Assembly: GCA_046540615.1 (NCBI GenBank)
Contig: JBKHFA010000002.1
Location: 1 to 47,482 of the forward strand
Direction of reading: 5' to 3'
Source of the DNA: Armatimonadota bacterium
GTDB taxonomy: Bacteria; Armatimonadota; Zipacnadia; Zipacnadales; UBA5352
Length of the DNA stretch: 47,482 bases
Numbering within the stretch: position 1 is the stretch's first letter; every line of letters starts with the position of its first letter. The notes beneath the pieces were generated by a model. It was not told the DNA's origin. It worked only from the letters and a program-made list of their open reading frames with translations, and made no database searches. Below, piece after piece: positions 16,692 through 25,089 of the stretch. The position numbers were made by a program, and so were the translations under genes.

Positions 16692-18530
16692 CTACCCGAC
16701 CCACACCGGACTGGCCCACGCCATCTCGCCGTCGGCCTGCCAGGCGCGAAGGTAGTAGTACGCGCCGGCCTCGATCGGGTCATCGTCCGTCAGTTCAAAG
16801 CTTACATCGTCGATCTCCGGGCGCAAAGTGCGCCAGTCCTCATTATTGCGCACGATGTCGATGCGCGAGATCTGCTCGGTGCCCACGACGCGTCCGGTGA
16901 TCGTTCGTGCTCCTTCGAGCATCTCGTCGGGCAATTCACTGCCCATGCGCTGCCCGTTCACCGCGAACTCCACGTAGATGCGGGCGCCGGTCGTCGCGTA
17001 GCAGTTCCGGGCCTTCAGCGCGTCAACGAGAGCCTTCGCGGTCAACTCAGGGGCGCGGATCGCCGCAAGGCCTGACTTGTAACTGAAGCAGAAGCCGTAG
17101 TAATCCGGGTGCTGGCGGCCCGGGAAGCCCGAGTGCGTGTCGCTGGCGGCGATGAAGCCCATGCGGTAGCCCCGCGCAAGGCCGGCCTGCGCTCCGCCGC
17201 CCGGGATGCATGACTTGCCCCAGAGCGGGTTGCCCGCTCCGATCGGTCGCTCGGAGCAACCCCACATCGAGTATATCTCACAGATCGGCTCAAGCTCGTG
17301 ATCGTAGACGTCCCAGTCGGTCCACACGAGCGTGTGATGCGGAATGCTCACCAGTTCGTCCTTCCGGGTGCGGAGGTACTCGAAGAACGGCCGCGTGCCG
17401 TCCTCGGCGAGGTCCAGGTCCAGCCGATCATCCGGCCACACGTCCTCGATGCGGTGGTTGTCGAAGTAGACGTTCCGGTGCCCGTGCGCGTAGGAGTACT
17501 CGAAGCCCTTGAGGGCAACGAACTGGCCGTCCTCGGTGTACTCGACGGCCTTCTCCTGCGTGGTAATCCACGATTCGCGGTTGCAGCCGGAGTGGTCGGT
17601 GACACAGGTGAAGTCCGCCCCGGAGATGTCGCGGGCGTAGCTGATGTAATCATCGATCGGCGCCAGGCCGTCGCCGGAGAAGCCCGTCTTGCCGTGGATG
17701 TCGCCCCAGAAGATGAACTCCTCGGGGGCATCCCGCACCACCGACGGCTGAGTCTCGACCGTCATCTCGGGCGCATCGACCGCCGGCCGCAGCACATCGC
17801 CGCAGACCTCGATCCGCGGCGCGAGGTCGGGCGTTTCGCCGACGGCCGGGTTGCAGCAGCGGTCCATGGCGTAGACGCGCGCGGTGGGCTCATCCCCGGA
17901 CGCCGAGATCGTCGGCAGGCGCAGCAACGCGCGGGTCGGCGGGCCGGCCTCCACCGCGACCCAGACCGGCGAGCCTTCGACCTCGCGGAGACCCTCGTCA
18001 CCGGGCGGCGCGTAGTCCGGCGGCTGGATGAAGAGCGAGAAGTCGCCCTTCGGCTCGACCACCGGCTGCACGGTGCATCCGGCCTCGCCCCACGTGGTGT
18101 CGCCGTAGGTGATCGTGATCACATCGCCGGCCGCGAAGTCCGCCCGGATGACCTCGAATGTGATCCACCAGCGCTGCATGCAGCGGGTGTCGCCGGGCCG
18201 GGTCTCGTGCCGGGCGCAGGGCTCCAGATACGCGTTGGTTGCGCTCTCGATCTCGAAGGTGGTGTTGAGGCGCTTGTAATGCAGCCATCTGCGCCGATCG
18301 TCCGGGTCAAGCTCCCAGTAGCGCTTATGATTGACCAGCGGCTGGCCCCATCCCGCCGATGGCAGGCCGAGCTTGAGCTTGCTGCCCTCCGCGAGTCCCT
18401 CATCGCCGACGGCGTAGCGGAAGGTCACGGTTACGTTCTCGCCCGCGATGAAGCGATCCGGCCGCTCGATGATCTCGAATGATTCCCGTGGCATTGCGGT
18501 GAAACTCCTTTTGACTGTCAAAGCGCTCAT
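16692..18530 (-). CDS. DUF3604/PHP-like metallohydrolase-fold protein with N-terminal beta-sandwich-like extension
   Basis: Blocks FWGDIHGKTGFSGDG...YARD..GADFTCVTDHSG...GFEYSYAHGHRNVYF...AASDTHSG...CYATTGARIYVEFAVNG follow the DUF3604/PHP order. Confidence 0.55.
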   Translation of the reverse strand: MSALTVKRSFTAMPRESFEIIERPDRFIAGENVTVTFRYAVGDEGLAEGSKLKLGLPSAGWGQPLVNHKRYWELDPDDRRRWLHYKRLNTTFEIESATNAYLEPCARHETRPGDTRCMQRWWITFEVIRADFAAGDVITITYGDTTWGEAGCTVQPVVEPKGDFSLFIQPPDYAPPGDEGLREVEGSPVWVAVEAGPPTRALLRLPTISASGDEPTARVYAMDRCCNPAVGETPDLAPRIEVCGDVLRPAVDAPEMTVETQPSVVRDAPEEFIFWGDIHGKTGFSGDGLAPIDDYISYARDISGADFTCVTDHSGCNRESWITTQEKAVEYTEDGQFVALKGFEYSYAHGHRNVYFDNHRIEDVWPDDRLDLDLAEDGTRPFFEYLRTRKDELVSIPHHTLVWTDWDVYDHELEPICEIYSMWGCSERPIGAGNPLWGKSCIPGGGAQAGLARGYRMGFIAASDTHSGFPGRQHPDYYGFCFSYKSGLAAIRAPELTAKALVDALKARNCYATTGARIYVEFAVNGQRMGSELPDEMLEGARTITGRVVGTEQISRIDIVRNNEDWRTLRPEIDDVSFELTDDDPIEAGAYYYLRAWQADGEMAWASPVWVG

Positions 18531-18590
18531 GGATCAGGCCCGCCCCCGGCGCGGTACTGCAGTGAAGTGGGAAAAGTGAGAGGAGAAAAG

Positions 18591-18625
18591 GGAACGGCAA
18601 CGACCGCGACCGTCGTTGGCGTTCC
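18591..18625 (-). terminator. strong hairpin, probable intrinsic terminator of the long minus-strand operon
   Basis: GGAACGGCAACGAC-cgcgacc-GTCGTTGGCGTTCC (13 of 14 bp paired) lies 31 nt downstream of the stop at 18656. On the minus strand it is followed by CTTTTCTCCTCTCACTTTTCCC. Confidence 0.55.
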
Positions 18626-18655
18626 TGCCGTTTGCCGGCCGCCGACCCCCGCCGT

Positions 18656-19855
18656 TCACATCAGATCGAAACACGCCAGCGCGTCTTTGTTGCGGACGAT
18701 GAGCTTTCCGTCGGCCACGATCGGCGCGGTCCACGACTGGTCGCCCAGCGGCGTGAAGCGTCCAAGCTCGTTGTATCCATCGGGCGTGGCCTCGACCATC
18801 GCGAGGAAGCCCTGTTTGCCGCTGAGCGCGAGGATCACGCCGTCCACGAGGACGACGCCGCCGCGTTCAAAGCCGCTCTCGGCCCACATCTGCTCACCGT
18901 CGCTGGGGTCGAGGCAGACGAGATTCGGGTTGCTCGGGCCGTAGAGGTAGCCGTCGTGATAGACGGGAGTATTGAAGTGCGACCACATGCCCTTCGTCTC
19001 CCACGTGATGTCTGCGCCGTTCTCCCCGACGGTGATCACCGCGCATCCGCGCTTGTAATTGCTGGTGATGAAGACGTGGTTGTCTGACACGATCGGTGTT
19101 GCCGCATTGACATCGTATGAAGTCTCCCACGGCACACGCCAGAGCAAACTGCCATCGTCGGCATCGACGCCGATGACGGATTTCCCGGTGAAGACCACGT
19201 ACTGAGGGGTTCCGTGGATGGTCGCTTTGACCGGCGTGGCGTAGCCGGGGATGTCGCTGCCGCCGCCCGTCCAGATGACTTCGCCGGTCATCCTGTCGAG
19301 CGCGGCGACACAGGCATCCTGTCCGCCCGGCACGATGATCAGCTTCTCCCCGTCGATCAGCGCGGACATCGCGTAACCCCACTTCGGGGTCACGCCGTCG
19401 AACTTGCCGGGCATGTTGACGCCCCAGATAATTTCGCCGGTCTCCGCATCGATGCAGGCGACGTTGCCCTTGAAGCTGACGGTGTAAAGGCGGCCGTCAT
19501 GATAGACGGGGGTGGAGCGGGAGAAGCCGTAGTTCGCCTTCTCGAGATCGTTGTACCTGCACTCCCAGACGTCGTCACCGGTCTCCAGGTCGATCGCGCG
19601 CACGACGTCCTGCTGGCCCTCGTGGTCGATGATGAAGACCTTCCCGTCCGCGACGGAGGGGCCGGCGTAGCCGTTGTCATGCATCTGCACCTGCCAGAGC
19701 TTCTCAGGCGGGTTGTTGTCCCAGTCCTTGTTGATCCCCGTGTCAGGCGCGGTCCCGTCCTGGTTGGGGCCGAGCCAGACGGGCCAGTCGGCCGCGAAGA
19801 CGGTAGCTGCCACGGTCAGGCAGGCGATGATCGCGAGCAGTCGAGTGACGCGCAT
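18656..19855 (-). CDS. secreted PQQ-like (BamB-like) beta-propeller repeat protein
   Basis: Signal peptide MRVTRLLAIIACLTVAATVFA, then DWPVWLGPNQDG. Repeated blades of the type DGKVFIID..G..VVRAIDLETGDDVWE. C-terminal TAPIVADGKLIVRNKDALACFDL. GGAGGG lies 8 nt before the ATG. Confidence 0.8.
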   Translation of the reverse strand: MRVTRLLAIIACLTVAATVFAADWPVWLGPNQDGTAPDTGINKDWDNNPPEKLWQVQMHDNGYAGPSVADGKVFIIDHEGQQDVVRAIDLETGDDVWECRYNDLEKANYGFSRSTPVYHDGRLYTVSFKGNVACIDAETGEIIWGVNMPGKFDGVTPKWGYAMSALIDGEKLIIVPGGQDACVAALDRMTGEVIWTGGGSDIPGYATPVKATIHGTPQYVVFTGKSVIGVDADDGSLLWRVPWETSYDVNAATPIVSDNHVFITSNYKRGCAVITVGENGADITWETKGMWSHFNTPVYHDGYLYGPSNPNLVCLDPSDGEQMWAESGFERGGVVLVDGVILALSGKQGFLAMVEATPDGYNELGRFTPLGDQSWTAPIVADGKLIVRNKDALACFDLM

Positions 19856-19889
19856 GTTTGTTGTCCCTCCGTGCTGACGGTTTGTGGCG

Positions 19890-21110
19890 TTATCCGAAGC
19901 AGTAGATGGTGCCGCCTTCGGTGCCGATGACGAGTCGGCGCTGACCGATGGCGGGTGATGCGCTGATGGCTGAACCGGTGTTGAAACTCCACGCCGTCCG
20001 CCCGTTGCTCAGGCCCACCCGGTAGATATTGCCATCTGATGAGCCGAAGATTACGTGCGAGCCGTTGATCACGGGTGAGGAGTTGACGTCGCTGCGGGCC
20101 TGGGCGCTCCACTGCACGTTGCCGGTCGCTGCGCTCACGCGGAACGCGCGGTCGCTGCGCGAGGCGAAGATGACGGCGTCGCCCATGACGGCGGGCGCGG
20201 CGTAGATCGCGCCGGTGCGCGATTCTTCCCGCCTGTCCCAGAGAATCTTCGCGTCTGAGAGGCGCACCGCCCAGTAGCGGCCATCCATCGATCCGACGTA
20301 GACGGTGCCGGACGCGTAGGCCGGGGCGCCCGCGAAGTTGCCGCCGAGTTGCGCCGCGCGAACCTCCCGGCCGGTCTGCAGGTCGATCATGCGGAGCAAG
20401 CCGTCGCAGCCTGCTATCATGACAATGCCCGCGGCCTCGGTCGGGGTGCAATGTACCTGCGCATCGGCCTCGAAGCTCCAGATCTCGGCGCCGGTGCTGG
20501 TGCTCAGGCGGTAGAGATGATTGTCATACGAGCCGAAGAGCACCGAATTGCCCACGTGGATCGCCGAGGAGATTATCCTGTCGCCGGTCTCGAAGGTCCA
20601 TCGCTTCTTCCCGGTCGCAGCGTTGACGGCGTGGAATGTGCCGCCCTCGTCGCCCACGTAGACAGTACTGCCATGAAGAAGCGGGGCGGCGGAGATCGCG
20701 TTCCCTTCGGTGAGGTACTTCCACTTGAGCGATCCGCTGGCGAGATCGATCGCGAGCAGCGCTCCGGTCATCGTGCCGACGTACGCGCGGTTGCCGACGA
20801 TGGCGGCGCTGGATTCGACGGAGGAGCCGGTCTCGTAGGTCCACCTGACCGCGAGGTTGGGGCTGAGCGGTGAGTGTGCGACGCCGGTGTTCTGCGCCTT
20901 GCCGCGGAATGTCGGCCAGTCGCCGCCCGTCTCCGCGAAGGCGCAGGAGGAGAGAAGCAAGATAGCCACGGCGAGAATCGTGGCCCTTCGGCAACGAGCA
21001 TTCACGCCGTTCGTGGGGCAGGCATTCCTGTCTGCCGCCCTCGCCGCCGGCCGCTGCCTGACGGCATGTCGCTCGTCGCTCGTCGCCGATCTCTTCTCCA
21101 TCCCACTCAC
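19890..21110 (-). CDS. secreted PQQ-like beta-propeller repeat protein
   Basis: Hydrophobic leader ILAVAILLLSSCAFA, then DWPTFRGKAQNTG. Repeated G.vYVG...G.L.A.D..tG...W blades. ATGA overlap with the upstream permease gene supports the start at 21110. Confidence 0.8.
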   Translation of the reverse strand: MSGMEKRSATSDERHAVRQRPAARAADRNACPTNGVNARCRRATILAVAILLLSSCAFAETGGDWPTFRGKAQNTGVAHSPLSPNLAVRWTYETGSSVESSAAIVGNRAYVGTMTGALLAIDLASGSLKWKYLTEGNAISAAPLLHGSTVYVGDEGGTFHAVNAATGKKRWTFETGDRIISSAIHVGNSVLFGSYDNHLYRLSTSTGAEIWSFEADAQVHCTPTEAAGIVMIAGCDGLLRMIDLQTGREVRAAQLGGNFAGAPAYASGTVYVGSMDGRYWAVRLSDAKILWDRREESRTGAIYAAPAVMGDAVIFASRSDRAFRVSAATGNVQWSAQARSDVNSSPVINGSHVIFGSSDGNIYRVGLSNGRTAWSFNTGSAISASPAIGQRRLVIGTEGGTIYCFG

Positions 21111-24100
21111 TCCGTCCTCAATGCGTCGATCAGATCGCCGCGAACCGTCGCTCGGGCCCCGATTGCGCAGGCCGCGAGACCGACCGCCAGCACCGCCAGA
21201 AGCACCGCGACCAGCGCCCCCCAGTTCACGCTGGCCTGCGCGGAGGCCAGGTGCGGCGCCACCGAGATCAGCGCGGTGACTGTCCCGACAAGCATTCCGG
21301 CGATCAGAAGCCCTGCGTTTTCGACGAGCACCAGGCGCGTGAGGTTCGCCCGGGTGAAGCCCGTGGCGAGCATCAGCGCGAACTCCCCGCGGCGTTCGAA
21401 GGCGCTGCGGAGGATCACTGCGACGAGGCCGATCGTCCCCAGCAGCAGGCCCAGTCCGCCCAGCGCAAGGAACATGCTCAGGTAGGTGTTCTGCACCGTG
21501 ATGAAGCGGGTGAGCACCTCACGCGTCTCGCGCACCTCAAGCCCCATGTCTCCCAGCGCCGACCGCAACGCATCCGCGACCTCGTCCTCGCGCGCCTCCG
21601 GGGCGTCAATGAGGAAGTAACTTGGCCCCGCGATTTCCGGGTAGATCGCCCTGAGCGCATCGGCGTGGATGAGTATCTCGCTTTGAAAGATTGACCCACC
21701 GAGAGCGCCGACGAACTGCAGCGGCGGCCGATCGCCGCCTGCGTCATACACTTCACCGACCGCCGAATGAAGCTGCCACTGGAGGCTCGCGTTGTCAGTG
21801 ATGGCACCGACCGTGCGTGACGCCGAGTCTTCGCGAAGAAGCGTCCACGGGTTACCAGCGGCCTCCCCCGAGGTCGATGTGAAGGTGAAGCCGCCGCGTT
21901 CGATCATCTCGTCGGTGACGCCCAGCAGGCGGGGGAGGGAGGTCTGCGCGATGTTCAGGCATGAGATGTCCTCGCCCGGACTCCGCGGCAGGGAGATGAT
22001 CTCAACGCCATCCAGCGCCTCCTGCTCCTCGGAGAGGAAGCCAAGGTTGTCCCGGCCCTCCCTGGTGGCGGGATCGAAGCGCAGCGGGACCGATGAGGTC
22101 GCGATGAGCGCGAAGCCGCCGGTGCCCGACGAGCGGTCATGCACGTCGATCGCGGAGAAGTCTCGCGAGTTGGCCGCGACCGTGACGATCACGAAGGTCG
22201 CCGCCGCGATCAGCCCCAGGAGCAGCAGGCTGCGTCCACGCGCGGACGCAGCTGAGCGAAGCGCGAAGAGACGCTGCGACCGCGTGGCCCCGGCCCGATG
22301 CATCGCCCCTGTCAGCAGCAGATGGGCCCCCGTCAGCGCCGCCAGCAGCAATGCGCCGCCGATGGCGAAGAACGCTCCCTCCGCCGGGATCGCCTCAGTG
22401 ACGGTCGCGGCGAATATGCCGACGGCGGCGACCAGCAGCACCGGTGTCGCGATCGCGGTCCAGGGCCGACCCGTCGCGGGATCGGTCGCCGACGCACGCC
22501 AGCCTCGCAGCAGTTCCAGCACCGGTCTCCCGGAGAGCACCCGCGCGCCCCACCACGTCGCGAGCACGCCGACGACCAGTGCGGAGAACGCTCCGATGGC
22601 GACGCTCGCAGGCTCCACGTAGACGCCCAGCACCGGCGCGTCGCCGAGCGCGCCCTGCCAGCGCGTGGCGAGCGCGCCGATGATCGCGTGGGCGTAGCCG
22701 ATCCCGAGCGGCGTTCCGAGCAGCACGCCGACCAGCGACAGCGCCACGCCCTCGGCCGCGATCGCACGCCCGGCCTGCTTCGCTTTGAAGCCGGTGGCCA
22801 TCATGATGCCTGCCTGCGAGGCCCGTCGTTCTGCGGAAAGGCGCATCAGCGTGCCCGCCAGACCCGTGCCCGCGAGCACGAGGAAGAAGCTCATCCCGAG
22901 GAAAAGCTGGCCGAAGTCCGAGGTGCCCTTGCTTGCGGCCAGCGCCTGCTCGCGGACGCGCATGAAGCGGAAGCCCGCGTCCTCGGGCTCAAGCTCTTCG
23001 CGCAGCGCTTGCTCATACTCGTCCGCGTCAGCGCCATCAAGGCGCACTGACGTGATCCACGGTCCCTCGCCGTCCTCGCCCTGCCACATGCGCTGGAGGA
23101 GGGAACTGCTGACAAAGGCCTTCGGCGCCGCGCGGTAGCGCTCCCAGTATTCATCGTCGCGCTCGGTCACAAGCGACAGGTCCACGGGAAAGGGCGGGTC
23201 CCACTCGTCGATGTGCCCGGCGTCAGTGATTCCCTCGAAGTCCGGCACAAGGTCCGGCTCGGCGCCGAGGCCCTGCATCTCCGCGATGCCGGTCAGTGTC
23301 AACTCCGCCGAGCGGTCCTCGTAGCCGGACGGCGTGCTGACGCGCCAGGTGACGGCGAAGCGCTCGCCAACCTCCGCGTCGAGGTCCTGCGCGGCCCACG
23401 CGTTGAGGATCAGGCCGTCCACCGGGCCTGCTTGCCGCGACCGCAGGGGAAGTTTCTTCGACGACACGTCGGTGACGACTGCGTAGGCAATCTCCCGGGA
23501 CGGGTCGTCAGCGGCGGTGATCGTGTCTGCGAGGTAGACGGACGTCGGCGAGATGCCGCGTTTCGTCGCCGCCTCGATCGCTCCGACCTGCGCCTCGTTG
23601 AGCACCACTGCGTCGCTGAAGACCGACAGCCAGGCGCCGTGCCGACGCAGATAGAGTCCGTGGTCGTCGAGCGTCACCGCGCGGTTGATTCGTCCGTGCA
23701 GTTCCGCGCCGGCCTCCGCCCCGACCACGATCGTGTTCGCGCGTCCAGGCTCGCCAATCTGCTGCGCCAGCCACTCGCGGTCCACGATCACGTTGCGCGG
23801 CATCGCCGTGGAGGGGTCGAGGCGGAAGCCGCCGGGGCCGAGGTCGGGCAGGATATCCTGCACGGTCACGCGAAGCGTCGCCAGCGTCTCATCGCGCTCG
23901 CGGCGAGCGAAGAGCGTGTCCACCATCGCTTCGCCCGGGCGGGAGATGGTGACGAGCAGCGTGTCTCCCGCGTTGACACGGGCGGCAGTCGCGAGTGCTT
24001 CGTTGATGAGGGCCGAGCGTGGCTCAGGCGTATGCGTATCCGAGTCGGGGTAGAGGCTCAGGAGGTCATCGTCCGCTCCGATGACGGTGATACCCGCGAC

Positions 24101-24397
24101 GACTGCGTCGCCGCCCTCGGCGCGCGCAGAGCCCTCAGCCTGAATGAGCGTCGCGGCGGCGCCTCGGAGATCGGCATCGTGGCGAAGATCTGCGCGGAAG
24201 AAACGTGGGGCCGTGACTGCGTCGTGAATCTGACCGAGTCGCGCCAGCGCGGTGTGCCGGATCGAGCCTTCGATGGAGTCGCCGATCACCAGTGAGCCGA
24301 CGATCACCGCCGCCGCGATCGCCAGGCCGACCACCACCACCGCCCCCGTCCGGCGGTAATGCACCAGGCTGCGGAGGACCAACCGCGCGAGGGTCAT
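21107..24397 (-). CDS. large double-FtsX ABC transporter permease (MacB/LolC type VII-like)
   Basis: 1096 aa. N-terminal TM (GAVVVVGLAIAAAVIVGSLVIGDS), then a ~450-aa periplasmic domain and a TM bundle. This is followed by a second periplasmic domain and a second C-terminal FtsX-type bundle (..FITVQNTYLSMFLALGGLGLLLGTIGL..). 4-nt overlap with the ATPase gene. Confidence 0.8.
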   Translation of the reverse strand: MTLARLVLRSLVHYRRTGAVVVVGLAIAAAVIVGSLVIGDSIEGSIRHTALARLGQIHDAVTAPRFFRADLRHDADLRGAAATLIQAEGSARAEGGDAVVAGITVIGADDDLLSLYPDSDTHTPEPRSALINEALATAARVNAGDTLLVTISRPGEAMVDTLFARRERDETLATLRVTVQDILPDLGPGGFRLDPSTAMPRNVIVDREWLAQQIGEPGRANTIVVGAEAGAELHGRINRAVTLDDHGLYLRRHGAWLSVFSDAVVLNEAQVGAIEAATKRGISPTSVYLADTITAADDPSREIAYAVVTDVSSKKLPLRSRQAGPVDGLILNAWAAQDLDAEVGERFAVTWRVSTPSGYEDRSAELTLTGIAEMQGLGAEPDLVPDFEGITDAGHIDEWDPPFPVDLSLVTERDDEYWERYRAAPKAFVSSSLLQRMWQGEDGEGPWITSVRLDGADADEYEQALREELEPEDAGFRFMRVREQALAASKGTSDFGQLFLGMSFFLVLAGTGLAGTLMRLSAERRASQAGIMMATGFKAKQAGRAIAAEGVALSLVGVLLGTPLGIGYAHAIIGALATRWQGALGDAPVLGVYVEPASVAIGAFSALVVGVLATWWGARVLSGRPVLELLRGWRASATDPATGRPWTAIATPVLLVAAVGIFAATVTEAIPAEGAFFAIGGALLLAALTGAHLLLTGAMHRAGATRSQRLFALRSAASARGRSLLLLGLIAAATFVIVTVAANSRDFSAIDVHDRSSGTGGFALIATSSVPLRFDPATREGRDNLGFLSEEQEALDGVEIISLPRSPGEDISCLNIAQTSLPRLLGVTDEMIERGGFTFTSTSGEAAGNPWTLLREDSASRTVGAITDNASLQWQLHSAVGEVYDAGGDRPPLQFVGALGGSIFQSEILIHADALRAIYPEIAGPSYFLIDAPEAREDEVADALRSALGDMGLEVRETREVLTRFITVQNTYLSMFLALGGLGLLLGTIGLVAVILRSAFERRGEFALMLATGFTRANLTRLVLVENAGLLIAGMLVGTVTALISVAPHLASAQASVNWGALVAVLLAVLAVGLAACAIGARATVRGDLIDALRTE

Positions 24398-25089
24398 GCC
24401 CGGTCAGGCGCCCCTTCCCACGGCTCCAGCGTGCCCTCAGTCAGCAGCAGCCCGCGGCCCAGCAACTCCGCCTGACGGGTGTTGTGCGTGACCATCAGCA
24501 CCGTGACGCCGTCCTCGGCGAGTTCGCGCAGAAGCGCCACGAGTCGGTCGCCACTCTCACGGTCGAGGTTGCCCGTCGGCTCATCGCAAAGCAGCAGCGC
24601 AGGCTCATTGATGAGCGCCCTTGCCGCCGCCACGCGCTGGCGCTCGCCGCCCGACAGCCGTGCGGGGAATGCGTCCGCGCGGTCGGCGACACCCACGCGC
24701 TGCAGTAACTCCGACGCGCGGCCCTCGGCGCCTTCGCCGGCGCCGGCGGCCAGCGTCGGCAGCAGCACATTCTCCGTCGCGGTCAGTTGCGGGAGGAGGT
24801 GGTGGTCTTGAAAAATGAAGCCGACGTCGCCGGCGCGGTAGGCCGCAAGCGCCTCGCCGCCGAGGGATGTCACGTCCGTGTCTCCGAGGTGGACCGCGCC
24901 CGACGTGGGCCGGTCGAGCGAGCCGATGATGTTCAGCAGCGTGCTTTTGCCCGAGCCTGACGGCCCGAGGATCGCGACCGTCTCGCCCGGCTGCGCTGTC
25001 AGCGACAGCCCGTCGAGCACACGCTTCGCGCCGCAGGGCGTGTCATACTCCTTCGTCAGGTCCTCCACTGTCAGCGTCCTCGTGCTCAT
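24394..25089 (-). CDS. ABC transporter ATP-binding protein (MacB/LolD-like)
   Basis: Walker A GPSGSGKST, signature LSGGERQRV, Walker B LLLCDEPTGNLD. Start is ATG 25089 (MSTRTLTVEDL) or ATG 25116. Either overlaps the tail of the upstream gene. Confidence 0.9.
   Translation of the reverse strand: MSTRTLTVEDLTKEYDTPCGAKRVLDGLSLTAQPGETVAILGPSGSGKSTLLNIIGSLDRPTSGAVHLGDTDVTSLGGEALAAYRAGDVGFIFQDHHLLPQLTATENVLLPTLAAGAGEGAEGRASELLQRVGVADRADAFPARLSGGERQRVAAARALINEPALLLCDEPTGNLDRESGDRLVALLRELAEDGVTVLMVTHNTRQAELLGRGLLLTEGTLEPWEGAPDRA

Noticed and set aside
18656-21110. True PQQ-dependent dehydrogenases
   Set aside because: The products are ~400 aa rather than ~600 aa eight-bladed quinoproteins. I see no vicinal Cys-Cys or other quinoprotein active-site hallmarks, and there are no pqqABCDE genes. 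The PqqD-like gene at 7008 is unlinked. The better description is PQQ-like (BamB-like) repeat propellers.
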